Source: the human T2T-CHM13v2.0 reference genome, Homo sapiens
Direction: 5' to 3' (one strand)
NCBI RefSeq assembly: GCF_009914755.1
Contig: NC_060941.1
DNA length: 64,000 bases
In this document: positions 12,911 through 25,189 of the stretch, one piece after another
How the letters are laid out: every line of letters begins with the position of its first letter
How positions within the stretch are numbered: position 1 is the stretch's first letter
Program-made: the position numbers and the translations under genes
The notes under the pieces: generated by a model
Seen by the model: only the letters and a program-made list of their open reading frames with translations
What the model was told of the DNA's origin: nothing
Databases searched by the model: none

Positions 12911-13674
12911 CACCTGCCACAGGAATGGCTCAAGGATGGAGGCAAAGTTAACACCAGGAGTTGCCCTGTCCCTCTGCTCCTGAAGCCCTTGGCTTTGCAG
13001 AGATGATGTGGTGCAGTGGAAAGGACACAGTGCATGGCGGGCCAGCTCGGCTGCCCTGACACACTGTGGCCAGCTGGCCTCTCCTCGGTGTCCCTGGAGC
13101 TGCAGCTTTGATGCCAGGGTAGAAGATGAGTGGGAGGCGGAGGGGCATTTCCAGCCAACTCTATACACTGAGAAGCACTAAAGATTAACAGGTGACTGTC
13201 TGGGAAGAGCCAGCTTTGTAAGAGACACTGAGAGGCACCACTTCCCAGGCCTTCATCTTCCCTCTGGATGGGTGGAGGAACAGGGACACCAAACCTGACA
13301 TTGCTCCCATACTGAGTGCCAGCCATGGCCCCACCTTGCACAGCCCATGCCTCAAGGGGGCCATGGCTAGCACTATCTGACAAGAGGATGCTGGGCAGGT
13401 GGGTGGGAGCAGAGGACCAGGTGAAGGCTGGGGCCTGTGTACCCCAGTTGAAGGGAGCTAGATTTAACTCCCTGAGACCCAAGAAGCATCCGTCTGGCCA
13501 CCCCAGTCTAATTGGCTAGGAATTTGGTGGTGGCACAGGTGAGAAGGTCCCTGCTCCGTGGAGCTTGCAGGTTCTGGAAACAACCCCACCACATCTGTTG
13601 CAACACCTGCAGCCGTCTTCTTGCATCTTTGCTTTGTGCTGGACGCTTCCATATGGAACACCTAACACAACATC

Positions 13675-13905
13675 TGTAGTGGGCTGAGGGTAACCCTCAA
13701 AGATATATGTCCACATCCTAATTCCCAGAACCTGGGACTGTGACCTTATTTGGAAAAGGGGTCTTTGCAGATTTAATTAAGTGAAGGGTATTGAGTTGGG
13801 GAGACCATTCTTGTCTATCTGGGTGGGCTCTAGTCCACTGATAAGTATTCTTAGAAGACAGAAGAGGAGGAGGCCATGTGTCCACAGAGGCAGAGGCTAG
13901 AGTGC
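13675..13905 (+). mobile_element. MLT1-family LTR, 5' part
   Basis: TGTAGTGGGCTGAGGGTAACCCTCAAAGATATATGTCCACATCCTAATTCCCAGAACCTG...GACCTTATTTGGAAAAGGGGTCTTTGCAGAT. Confidence 0.8.
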
Positions 13906-14111
13906 TGTGGGACCACGCCCCCTCTGGCAGCTCGTGAGGGGCCACGCCTCCTCTGGCAGCTCGTGAGGGACCCACAACAGGGAGGACTGGGGCCTTGCTG
14001 GGCTGGAGAGCCCAGAGGAACAAGCAGGGGGCTAGGGCCCCTGAGATGCTGTATGACTGGTCCATTGTTCCTGTTCCTTTCCCATAGAAGAAAAAGGAGA
14101 GTAGTTTGGGG

Positions 14112-14334
14112 ACAGATTCATGCACATATGCACACATACATACTGCACACACATACATACTATATACAATACAGTGGGTATACATATAGACACACTACAG
14201 CACATGCACACACACACACATTCTGCACACAATACTGCATGCATGCACATACGGCACAGCACATACATGCACACATGCTGCAGCACACACAATACTGCAC
14301 ACAGAGCATACAATCCTGCAAGTACACCATACAC
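14112..14334 (+). repeat. Left arm of a 223-bp inverted duplication (CA-rich degenerate simple sequence)
   Basis: Reverse complement of 15142-15364; end coordinates sum to 29476 at both ends (no net indel); ORF translations over the two arms are identical. Confidence 0.95.
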
Positions 14335-14984
14335 GGGTGAAGAGAAGGGGCATCTGTCAGTGGCCTACTCTTCCAGACCCTCATTTTGTCCTTACAGCAG
14401 CTCTCTGGGGTGGGCCTCCCCAACTCCCTTTAATGGATGAAGATGCTGAGACTTAAGGGTTACAAAGTCTGCTTGAAGTCACAAGGTGCTGCGACTTGAG
14501 CTCAGGGCCAGGTGAATCCCTGATGTTCCTGGCAATCTGCTCCTGAAGGGTGCAGCAGGGCCTCTCTGGTCTGGTTCTCCCTCTTCCTGTAACCTTTGAG
14601 GTAGTGCCTGCAGGAACCCTGGGACCCCCCCACCCCCACCCCAATTTGCCTGCTCCTGTTCCCTGGGCTCAGCAGAGTCACCATCCCAGCCCCAGGACAA
14701 GTGTCCTCCTTGGTGGGGGACATGTGGTCATTGCTGGGGCGATACAGTGAGATGTGGCCACACAGCCATGTCCAGACCTTGGGCACCATGCTGCTCATGC
14801 TCCAGACTGCTGGGGAGCACCTGGTCCTGGTTGTGTCTGGCTTTGGGTCCTTCAATTTCTGCTGTCTGCTTTCCTGTCATTGCTCCCACTTCTCAACCCT
14901 GCCTTGGTAGCTTCTCTGATATGATCAGGCAAGATCTTAGAGCACAGTTGCATGTTTATATTATAGCTTCTCTATCACTCCTGT

Positions 14985-15364
14985 GGGTGTGCACATGTTG
15001 TATGGTGTGTGTGTGGATGTGTTTCTCTACGAGTACAGAGCACATATGTTTGCATGCATTCTGTGTGTGCACAAGGCATGTTTAACATATCTGGTGTATA
15101 CACAGGGTATCCATAAGGTTTATGTGGTATGTGTGCATACTGTGTATGGTGTACTTGCAGGATTGTATGCTCTGTGTGCAGTATTGTGTGTGCTGCAGCA
15201 TGTGTGCATGTATGTGCTGTGCCGTATGTGCATGCATGCAGTATTGTGTGCAGAATGTGTGTGTGTGTGCATGTGCTGTAGTGTGTCTATATGTATACCC
15301 ACTGTATTGTATATAGTATGTATGTGTGTGCAGTATGTATGTGTGCATATGTGCATGAATCTGT
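14985..15364 (+). repeat. TG-rich degenerate simple repeat; 15142-15364 is the right arm of the inverted duplication
   Basis: Alternating TG/TA/CA low-complexity tract, partly mirrored at 14112-14334. Confidence 0.9.
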
Positions 15365-16697
15365 GCTCTGAAAAGAAAGCCAACACAGTGGCTGGACAAC
15401 ATTCTACCAGTCCCTTGAGACTATCAAAAGTCAGTGTGTTCAGTCACACAGAGGAGCCTTTGAAGACTTCAGATGAATGACTCAGGAGCCCCTCAGTCAT
15501 CTCAGCAGAAGACAGAGATAGGACTATGTGAAAGGCCTAGGGAGGACCTTCTTGTGAAATAGAGTGAATCCTGTGTGTGACATACACAGGAGACCACAAA
15601 GTTCTTGAGAATGTTATATCAGCAGAAACACTGCCAACTTGGACTGAAGGGAACAGAGAAAGTATGAAATGAAAGATGAAAGAGCACTGTTGGACTCTCC
15701 AAAATTCTGCAGGAAGGAAGCAGGCTGATAAAACCACTCAGTGGCAAACATGTGCTACCTTTCATGAAAAAGGAAGGATGACTCCAAGGGTGGAGCCATG
15801 AGCCCAGATGTTGGACCTGGGACCCACAGAGGATTATTTTCTCAGGCCTTGAAATCTAATGTTTGCTTAGCTGGTTTTTCAAAGTGCTTGGGACTGAGGA
15901 CTCCTTTTTTCCTTCCATTTTCTCCCTTTTTGAATGAGAATGTCTATAACTGTCAACTGATGCCTGTCCTAATGTTGGGTCTGACAGCAGATCATTTGTT
16001 TCTTGAGTTTTGCAGGTTTACAGGTGGAGCAGAATTATGCATCTGGATGGATTATACCCTAACCCAACCCTAATTTACATTATGAAATTTGGGACACTTG
16101 AACTAAGTAAATTTAGATGAGATTTCTGGACTTTGACTTAATGCTGTAATGAGGTAGATGTTCACAGATGCTGGGGTGGAGTGGCATCCTTGTGAGTCTT
16201 TGGAAGCCAGGGGCCAACTGTAGTCAGCAGGATAATGGCCCCCAAAGATGTCCACATCTCACTCCCCACTACCTTATATGTCAAGAGGGAGTTTGCAGGT
16301 GTGATTAAATTAAGGGTCTTGAGGTGGGGGATTATCCTGGATTAACCAGGTGGCCAGTGCAATCATGAAAGTCCTCACAAGAAGGAAGCAACACTGTTAG
16401 CATCAGAGAAGATGTAACTACGGAAGCAAAAGTCAGAGTGATGAGTTTGCTTTAGAGGTGGAGGGAGGAACCCAGAGGCATGGAAGATAGGTAACCTCTA
16501 GAAGCTGGAAGAGGCACGGAAGTGAATTCTCCCCAGAGCCTCCAGAAAGAAGAGACTCTTGCTGACGCCTTGGTTTAGTCCAGTGAAACCCATGTGGGAC
16601 TTCTGATTTCCAAAACCATAAGATGATAAGTGTGTGTTGCTTTAAGCCACTAAGTCTGTGGTCATCGGCCGTAGCAGCAATAGGAAGCAAATACAGG
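15365..16697 (+). mobile_element. MaLR element: MLT1-internal 3' part (15365-~16217) plus MLT1D-like LTR (~16218-16697)
   Basis: Internal motifs ACACAGGAGACCACAAAGTT...ATATCAGCAGAAACACTGCCAACTTGGACTGAAGGG; LTR TGTAGTCAGCAGGATAATGGCCCCCAAAGATGTCCAC...GCAGCAATAGGAAGCAAATACA. Confidence 0.8.
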
Positions 16698-16699
16698 CA

Positions 16700-17200
16700 T
16701 GAACATCAAAAGAGCAGGAGACGGGCATTCCGGAAGTCGCAGGAAGAACACGCTTTCTACTGCTCCTGTTGGGTGTTGTCGATCAGCCAAGATGAGGGCT
16801 GAGAACTGATGCCAGGGTTAGCCTTTGCCGGTAACATCGGCAAAAGCACGTTTAGTGGAATAGGGGAGGTAAAATCTAGCTTAGCGAGGACTCAGGAAAG
16901 ACCAGGAAGAGAGGAAGTGGAGAAGGAAGACTGTGTTCTTAGAGGGGCATCTTGAAAAAGAGCAGAGAGACAGCCAGCAGCTGGGGGGCCCTGGCCGGCA
17001 GGAGAGGGGACAGCATGACTGTTGTTGAGGGTGGCCCCACTGAGGGGGCAACCAGAGCTCCTGGCCAGCCTGGAGTGGGGGACGGCGGTGGGTCTGGCTG
17101 GCCAGGCACAGTTGGGTGGGAAGATGGTGTGGTCGGAGCACGTGGACATTCTTTTCTGATTGCTTCTATTTTCTCAGTGAGATGGGAAACAATCATCTCC
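16700..17200. mobile_element. L2 fragments
   Basis: AAGATGAGGGCTGAGAACTGA and TTCTGATTGCTTCTATTTTCTCAGTGA are L2-like motifs. Confidence 0.5.
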
Positions 17201-18649
17201 TTTTTGCTAAATGTGCTGAGCAGGCTTGAGGGATGCCTGGACTTCAGCAGGAAGCAATAGTCATGCCTCGCACATGCGGCTTTCAATCCTGTTTGGTTGG
17301 AGAAATAATATACCGCCCAACTAGTTTGTTTTAAATTAGACAAACACCCCGGAGCCTGCCTGCTGCTGGAGACGGCTGTGTTTGGAGTGGGGCTCTCGGC
17401 GGTGCTGAGGTCAGCTCTGTTTGACATTCCTGATGTGTGAAGGGCGCACTTAGGACAACACCACCAGGCCACGGGCGTGCAGCTCCCTGGAGCTGCTCCA
17501 GGGGCCCTGCCTGAGAAATGTTCCAGTCCTTGAAATTTCTCCCCAGTTTTAAACATCTGTTGGTGCTTGTGGAAAATAAGGTCGGGATTGTTGTGCTCAC
17601 CGCCCGTGAAAGCTGCCATTGCACGGTCTGTAAAGTGCTGGTGATGAACACTTCACACCGACAGGCTGAGCCTCGGCCCTGGCCACGTCGCTGGGGCCCA
17701 GCTTCTGATCAGTCTGTATGGTTCAGCTCTCCGTGGAGTTAAGTCATGACAACCAAGGAACACAGGCATTTGAGGGGATAGCTCTGTTCCCTCCGCCATG
17801 TCCTGGGGCGAGCTGTGTAGACGTCTGTTATCTTGATAAACCCAAACCTCTTGGGGCCAGGTGCCCTGTGCCTTCCTTTGTCCTTCTGTCCACCTGGCCT
17901 TCCATGAGCCTCTGGGGTGGGGCTGTCTCCTTTCTCTCCTGACTTCCCAAAGCACAACTGAAAGCAAACTCTTCCACCCACCATGAGTCTCATTCCATCT
18001 CTCCAGTGGGCGAGACACGTAGTGTTTTGTTTTATTTCATTTGCTTTGTTTTTTCAATCAAGCTGAGGCCAGCTTGGAGGCCTGTTTTCCTTGGGATGGT
18101 GGACACATGGATCTCAGGAGTTTGGGGGTGCCCCTTCTGGTCGCAAGGGACCTTCTGGACCCTGTGCCTCCCTCCCACCAGCCTCCCCTGACACCGCCTC
18201 CGTGCTGCTCCTCTCCCGGTGGGCTCCACCCTCACTAGGGCTTCAAACCTGGAATGCTCTTTCCTGGCCTCCTGCCTGTCCCCTTCCCACCAAGCCCCCC
18301 AGTTCCTGCTGAGTGCCACTTCCTGGCTCAGCTGCTCCCATCCAGTGCTGGGCTCAGCCTCGTCACCCACGCCCCACCATAAAGGGTTCTTTACAGCAGA
18401 TGGCATCGCTGTCGGCCCCCCAACCGGAGGCGCCCTTCAGGGCAGGAGCCTGTTTCTTGTGGAAGTGTCTTAAGCCCTAAAACGGTGCCCAGTGCACAGT
18501 TAAATAAAAATCAGAGCCCCAAGAGCAAACCTTAGCCCCTCACGGTGACTACAGCCCTTCCAAAGAGGGGCCATATCACGTGCACAGTGACCCTCTCCAC
18601 GTGGGTCCCTTGGTTTGTGAGGGCCTTGGTTTGCAGGCCATAGACTGAC

Positions 18650-18770
18650 ACAGTGGCACCTGGTGTGAGGGGAAGAGGGTGTGGAGGCCACAGACCCACA
18701 CGGTGGTACCTGGTGTGAGGGAAAGAGGGTGTGGGGGCCACAGACCCACACGGTGGCACCTGGTGTGAGG
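18650..18770 (+). repeat. 50-bp tandem duplication, ~2.4 copies
   Basis: CRGTGGYACCTGGTGTGAGG at 18651, 18701, 18751. Confidence 0.9.
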
Positions 18771-19739
18771 ACCTTCTGAAGGTACCCGTGGGTGAGGGGA
18801 TCATTTGGATGGACTGCAAAATGGCCATGTGGCTTTAGTGACACCTTTAGGATGTAATAAACTTCAGAGTCAACCTTAATTCTGGGAGAGAGACATCTTC
18901 ACTTTTCTGGTGCCATAACTGCCTCTTTGTGGAACGCAAAGCAAAACTAAAGTCATTTTTCTTGTTTGTTTTTAAGGCCCTTCAGGCTCTAGGGTGAGTT
19001 TCTGGTTTGAGGGGAAGGCCTTTCCTCCTGACTCCAGCCCTCCTTGACAAGGTCTCCGTAAAGCATGCTTTCTCTTAGGGACCCTCAGAGGGAGGCTTGG
19101 TGGGGACATGGGGTCAGGGACATCATCAAATGCTAGACGCCCGGCTGGGGCTGCCCCGAGGGCTCTGAGAGGAGGGGGCAATCCTGCGTGGCCAGGTGGG
19201 TGGTGAGTGTGACCTGGGTGGTTGGCAGTGGCTTCCGTCCAAGGTCCTGGCCAGGAGCGGAATCCCACAGCCACGGCAGGCCATTAGTGGCTGAGTGAAG
19301 TTTGTTCAGGGTGGCCTGACCAAAGGCAGGCCCTGAGGACAGCTGTTGCTGGCTCTTGGTGGAAAGAGGCTGAGGCCAAAGGGTTTATAGGTGTTCAAAT
19401 TGGAAAGTGGAACAGGAGACCTAAGTACGCTCCCTCTGACCAGGTTAGGGGGTACTGATGGGGAGTCCCTCAGTAGAGGCAGGGGCCACCTCTTCTGACC
19501 CCAAGGGACCCAGGCCAAGAAGGAGCCCCCTCTCCCCCAGGGCCAGGGGGACCCCAGCCTGCCCCACACTGGCACTTTGCAGCACCAGGGAGAGACCAGG
19601 CCTCCTCTGGGACAGGTTCCAGGCTTACGGGAGCTTTGGTCAGAGGGGCAGCCACCCCTGCCCACTCTAAGAACGTGACCCCAGAAAGGGGCATCATTTC
19701 TTCAACAGAAGAGGAGGCGAGATGAGCTTGGTGCCAGTT

Positions 19740-19829
19740 CCACGGAGCCACAGTGACATAACCCTCCGAACATTCGTGACCAACCACGGAGCACAGTGAC
19801 ATAAACCTCCAAACATTCATGACCAACCT
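19740..19829 (+). repeat. ~44-bp tandem duplication, 2 copies
   Basis: CCACGGAGC(C)ACAGTGACATAAMCCTCCRAACATTCRTGACCAA occurs twice. Confidence 0.85.
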
Positions 19830-20094
19830 CGATTATACAGTCACACCCAGCCCCGAGTGGATTTACCAGAGACAGGATGTTCCCCACCAGGCTCTCCCAC
19901 TAGGCAGATCCTCAGCACTTGGCTCAAGAGTGGAACAGACCCCACTAGCCATTGCAGGCCGTTGGGCAGGCAGCCCTCCGACCTCAGCCCATGTGCATAT
20001 GGGGTGGGGGACCCGTGGGCAAAACTTGGGGTCCTAACCTGGGGGGGTCAAACCCTCCACACGCAAGTCCTGGTCAGAATCACTCAGAACTGAC

Positions 20095-20920
20095 CCTCCC
20101 CTGTGCCAGCCCCTCCCCTGTACCAGCTCCTCCCCTGTGCCAGCCCCTCCCCTGTACCAAGCCCCTCCCCTGTACCAGCTCCTCCCCTGTACCAGCCCCT
20201 CCCCTGTGCCAGCTCCTCCCCTGTGCCGGCCCCTCCCCTGTACCAGCTCCTCCCCTGTACCAGCCCCTCCCCTGTACCAGCCCCTCCCCTGTACCAAGCC
20301 CCTCCCCTGTACCAGCTCCTCCCCTGTACCAGCTCCTCCCCTGTACCAGCCCCTCCCCTGTACCAGCCCCTCCCCTGTACCACCTCCTCCCCTGTGCAAA
20401 GCCCCTCCCCTGTACCAGCTCCTCCCCTGTACCAGCTCCTCCCCTGTACCAGCTCCTCCCCTGTACCAGCCCCTCCCCTGTACCAGCCCCTCCCCTGTAC
20501 CAGCTCCTCCCCTGTGCAAAGCCCCTCCCCGTACCAGCCCCTCCCCTGTACCAAGCCCCTCCCCAGTACCAGCTCCTCCCCTGTACCAGCCCCTCCCCTG
20601 TACCAGCTCCTCCCCTGTGCAAAGCCCCTCCCCTGTCCCAGCTCCTCCCCTGTACCAGCTCCTCCCCTGTGCAAAGCCCCTCCCCTGTCCCAGCTCCTCC
20701 CCTGTACCAGCTCCTCCCCTGTGCCAGCCCCTCCCCTGTACCAGCCCCTCCCCTGTGCAAAGCCCCTCCCTTGTACCAGCTCCTCCCCTGTACCAGCTCC
20801 TCCCCTGTACCAGCTCCTCCCCTGTACCAGCTCCTCCCCTGTGCCAGCCCCTCCCCTGTACCAGCTCCTCCCCTGTACAAAGCCCCTCCCCTGTCCCAGC
20901 TCCTCCCCTGTACCAGCCCC
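20095..20920 (+). repeat. 17/18-bp C-rich minisatellite (CAGCYCCTCCCCTGTAC; variants CAAGCCC, AAAGCCC), ~47 units
   Basis: Directly visible repeat with interspersed variant units; G-rich on the minus strand. Confidence 0.97.
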
Positions 20921-22026
20921 CAGACCCTGAACAGCACTGGCCACTACACGGAGCCACCACCCTGGCCCTGGCCTGGGTGGGTGGGGGTCCCCCGGGGAGC
21001 ACAGCGCAGTGCTAGGGCCCCTGTAGCAGATTCCCAGGAGACACACACCCAGCTGGGCCTGCTGACACTAGCCCTGCATTCCCACACCCCCTCCCCTGGC
21101 CCTCTCAGCTGCCTTGTCCTCTCCTGGTCAGCTGCCTGGGGACACTGTCGCGATGCCTGGCCCCTGACCTTGCCCGAAGCTCCTCGGTGTCTGGACATTC
21201 AGCCCGACATGCTCTGAGGTTTGGGGCAGGTCCAGCACTCTGTGGGTCCACCCCATCAGCCCTCAGGGTGGGACTCATGCAGCCACAGTTTGAGAGTTCC
21301 AGGAACCACAAGTCCTGAGTCAGCGGGCACCTGACCCCTTATGTCACCTGCCCCAGGTGGAAGGAGACGCTACAGGGACCAAGCATGGTTGGTAAACGTG
21401 TGTGTGTATGTGCACTCACGCCTGTGTGTTAAAATGCTTCAGAGAAAGAGCAGCCCAGGAACGTGGGGGTTGGACGGGATGTGGAGGTGTGGGCTGTGCC
21501 TAGGGGTCCCTCCTGGGGCTGTGTGGGTGTGAGTGGAGGACTGAGGAAAAGCCTCCTTACCCGGGAGTGTGTGGGGGTGCTGTTTCTCGTATACTTTATT
21601 TCCTGTTTTAACACATGTGGGTGTCCTGAAATAAAAGCCGTTAGCCGCCCACAAGAATGAGCAGGTTTGCTGGATCACAGTCCCCCACCCGGTGCCAGGC
21701 TGCCTGCCTGGGAGACTCAGGGTCCTCCCCAATCCTGCCTCCCCACCTCCACACAAGGGTGAATCTGAAGCCCCAGGCACCCACGCCAGGGGAACTGAGG
21801 TAGAGCAGACCTCCAGCATCCCCCCGTGACCTGGCAGATGGCAGTGGACATTGCCCTCCCCAGACACCCCTGTGAGTTGTCAGCTCTGCCTGCTGGGGTG
21901 GAGCCCCTGACTTGGGTGAGCCAAGGGTGGGGGGGAGGGTGGTGAACCAGCCGGCCCCCCAGGTTTCCTGAACCCTTTCTCAGTCTCCTGGAAGGGGCTG
22001 AGGGGCCTGGCACCTTCCCACCAGAG

Positions 22027-22319
22027 CAGTGGTCCCCAACCCTTTTGACACCAGGGACAGGTTTTGTGGAAGACACTTATTCTGTGGGTGTTGGAGAGAA
22101 GAAGGGATGGTTTCCCTCTCAGATCATCAGGCATTAGATTCTCATAAGGAGCGGACAACCTAGATCCCTTGCGTGCAGTTCACAATAGGGGTCACGCTCC
22201 TGTGAGAAGTGAATGCCGCCGCTGATCCGAGAGGAGGCGGAGCTCAGGGTCAGGCCGGTCCACCGCTCACCTCCCACCGCGCGGCCGGTTCCTAACAGAC
22301 CACAGCCTGGGGACCCCTG
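22027..22319. mobile_element. MER1B-like hAT-Charlie DNA transposon with TIRs and an 8-bp TSD
   Basis: TIRs CAGTGGTCCCCA...TGGGGACCCCTG; internal AGATCATCAGGCATTAGATTCTCATAAGGAG; flanks CACCAGAG (22019-22026) and CTCCAGAG (22320-22327). Confidence 0.9.
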
Positions 22320-22429
22320 CTCCAGAGGACGGGGAGTGTCTCTCTGTCATCCCCAACGGGCCAGTGATCCCGCTGGAGGGGCTGGGGCTGCACAGGACAC
22401 AGGCTCAGCTGTGCTGCTGGCCACCCATG

Positions 22430-22630
22430 ACCCAATCAGAGGCTCAGGTCAGAGGGCAAAGATGTCCACTGAAGCGGCTCCAGAATCCCTCAAGGAAGGT
22501 GACATCCGCTTCGCTTCCTCCTCCAGCCCCACCTTCGCTTCCGGGACCACAGAGCCCCTGGAGCCTGCACGCCACGGAGTCTCCCACTGAGGAGTGAGGA
22601 GGCCTCTTGTGGGGACAGATCTGGGTGAGT
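22430..22630 (+). promoter_or_regulatory. Candidate promoter/first exon: CCAAT box (CCCAATCAGA, 22431-22440) and 5' splice donor TGG|GTGAGT at 22624/22625
   Basis: Motif matches only; follows the CpG-retaining MER1B. Confidence 0.3.
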
Positions 22631-25189
22631 CAGGAGGCCCTGCGGGGCTGGGCTGGGCTGGGCTTAGGGGCTGGAGCGGGGAGGGTTTCTCAGACTGGAG
22701 TGGGAGACTTGAGGTGGAGATGTGGGTTAGGTCAGGGTCAACCCTGAAAGATTGAGAATCACACGGGGCTGCTCACCTTGGGCGTGAGGAGCAAGGTCTC
22801 TGGGACTGACTAGGTGAAGACCGGTTTCCTGGGACGGGCACGACAGGGACTTGAGACCCGTCTTAGGCTGTGTCAGGGCAGCTGAGAAACTTGCTGGCTT
22901 GTGGGTCATGGAGCCCCAGGAGCCGGTCGAGGTGCAGGAGGGGGCCTGGGTGGGGCTGAGTCAAGGGCTCCGGCCAAGCCCCTGTGGCCCAGGCGGTATT
23001 TGTTTATGCCTCATGGCCGGGAGGAGCCACTGCCTTCACCACATCCCACCGGGGTGGGGCGGGTACCACCCTCTGGGACAGGGAAACTTCAAGTGGGAAT
23101 TTGGGCAAATTTGAACTCAGCTGGATTTTCAGTTTGTTGTTCTTTGAAGGAATTCAGGACTGTGTGCCAGCGCTGGCCACACCACCAGGAGGCCTGGCCT
23201 GGCCCGAGAGGGATGCCAGCTTGGCATCTCCCACAGGGCAGGGCGTGTTGGGAGCCGCTGTTGGCTGGGGGCTGGCCTGAGCCTGACTGCCTATGTGGAG
23301 CTGGCAAGGAGTGAAGACCCTGCTGCCAGCACAGGGCCGAGGCTCTCCGGCTAAGGACAGGCTTAGGACAGGCCTAGGCTCTGGGGTCCTCAGCCCCCTC
23401 CCAGCAGGGCCCGGCCCATGCTGCCAGACCTGGGATGTGCCCCTGGACCTCCCTACCTCGGGCCTCTGCCCACCCCAGCCTCCTCCCCCAGACCCCTCGG
23501 TCTCTGCCCCTGGAGGAAGCCGGGAGTGTTTCTTTTGGAAATGACCCCAGTTTGTGGTTGTTCTTTGTAGACACACCCCCTGCTGGGGATGAGAAGTCCC
23601 CCTGGACCTTGGTTTGGGCGGGAAACCGGCTGTGTCCCACGTTAACCTAAATCGTCTTTTCCTCTTTACGTTCCAGAGTCATGCTTGAGGCCAGGCTCGA
23701 ATCCTGCCTGCCTTTGGTGGCTCTGAGATTCAGGGCTGTCTTTTCTGAGAGCACCCAAGTGAGGTGCCTTGGGATGCCCCTGACTTGGAGACACAGAGGA
23801 GGCTGGGCACCCCTTTTCCCCGACGCACTGAGCCAGGTCAGCAGAGGTGCTGGGGCCTGGCATGGCCCCTGGGAAAGAACCTGCTTTCCTCTTGTGGGAA
23901 GTCAAATCCTCGCACTCAGTGCCGGCACCCCTTGGCGGGTGACAAGAGGGCATCTCGAAGGCCACTGTGCTATGGGAGTTACGGCTTTGACTCTGAGACG
24001 GGGGCCTGGGTGAGGACCTGGTATCCTCAAAGTCCCCGTGGCTGCCCTGTGGAGAAGACTCTGTTGGGAGAGGGCGCTGCCTCCCAGAAGTGTCCCAAGG
24101 TCCAGGAAGGAATGGGGGGAAGAGGACAGGAGGGTGTTCTCACAGTCACTGTGACCTCTGGTGAGCAGAGGGTCCTTCTCAAGCTACTGAATCCTCATGG
24201 GGCTTGGGTGAGGGAGCGAGGATAGGCCAGGAGCCAGAGGCTCAGGAGGGGATGGCCTCACTGTGGAAGGTGCAGGGGTGGTCCAGCCTGAGCCCTCTGC
24301 CCCCCGCTGCAGCTCAGCACCCCCCCCCCACGCACACTTACCCAGGGGGTTGCAAAGTGATGGGTGTTGGCTCTGGAACTAGTCCCATGTTGTTTCCCAG
24401 GGAAGGAGCCACACCCTTCTCAGACCTCTGGGCTGATGCACGAAACGGCAGCCCTGCCTGGGCTGCCCACCGCCCGTCACAGAACGATCCCGCTGCAAAT
24501 TTCACAGGCATCTGGATCGAATAACAGGCTGATAGGGCGTATAAAATTAGAGACAGAACTCTCCAGAAGGCAGGGTGGAGGCTGCAGCTCCCTGGGATTC
24601 CACGTGAGAAGGCAGTGATGCTGCTGCCCCCACGGGAAGGACGGATGCTGAGTCAGTGGGAAGACAGTGGGAAGCCCAGCCTGGAGGGGAACGGGGGACG
24701 GGGTGGGGGGTGGTCCAGAAAAAGCAGCAGGCGGTTGGGGTGGGACACAGGGACTGTCCCGCCCGGGGAGGCCCCCAGACCAGGAGGGCCAGACCCTACC
24801 GCCCCTCTGCAGGACCCCATCCCTGCTTCACTCCCTTGCTCCTAGTTCTGAGTTGGGCCCAGCCTGAGTCTCCACCAGGTGGACAGTAGCTCCTCGGGGC
24901 AGCTGGGTGTGGGATCTGCAGGCTCAGGCAGCCACCCAGATACTAGCGGCCTCCCTGCCCTCCAAAAGCCCAGCCTGGGATGAACCTTGACAAAGGCCCT
25001 AGACCACAGCAACCACCCCACCAGGGCTCTGAGTTCTCCATGAGGACTGGTTTCCCTGGAAGGTGAACACTCAGGGGCTGGGACCCTTAAGGATTGTTCT
25101 TCTCAGGTCTTCACCGTTTCCAGACGTGTGCCTTAGACATCTGCACGGACATCTCTTCCCAGGGATGGGCGTCTCAGGGCAGGTGCATT

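Noticed and set aside
13912-13935. Single CTCF-like sites (GCCAGAGGGGGCG here; CCACCAGGTGGAC at ~24873)
   Set aside because: Mismatches at key core positions; too common in GC-rich DNA to call.
20095-20920. PRDM9 13-mer hotspot motif in the C-rich repeat
   Set aside because: CCTCCCCTGTACC does not fit CCNCCNTNNCCNC in any register checked.
19952-21217. Pro-rich and Gly/Arg-rich ORFs (extensin- or mucin-like appearance)
   Set aside because: Products of the 17/18-bp repeat; frames shift between units and all frames are open.
22722-22748. GGGTTAGGTCAGGGTCAACCCTGA telomere-like or inverted snippet
   Set aside because: Only ~3 degenerate hexamers; not distinguishable from chance.
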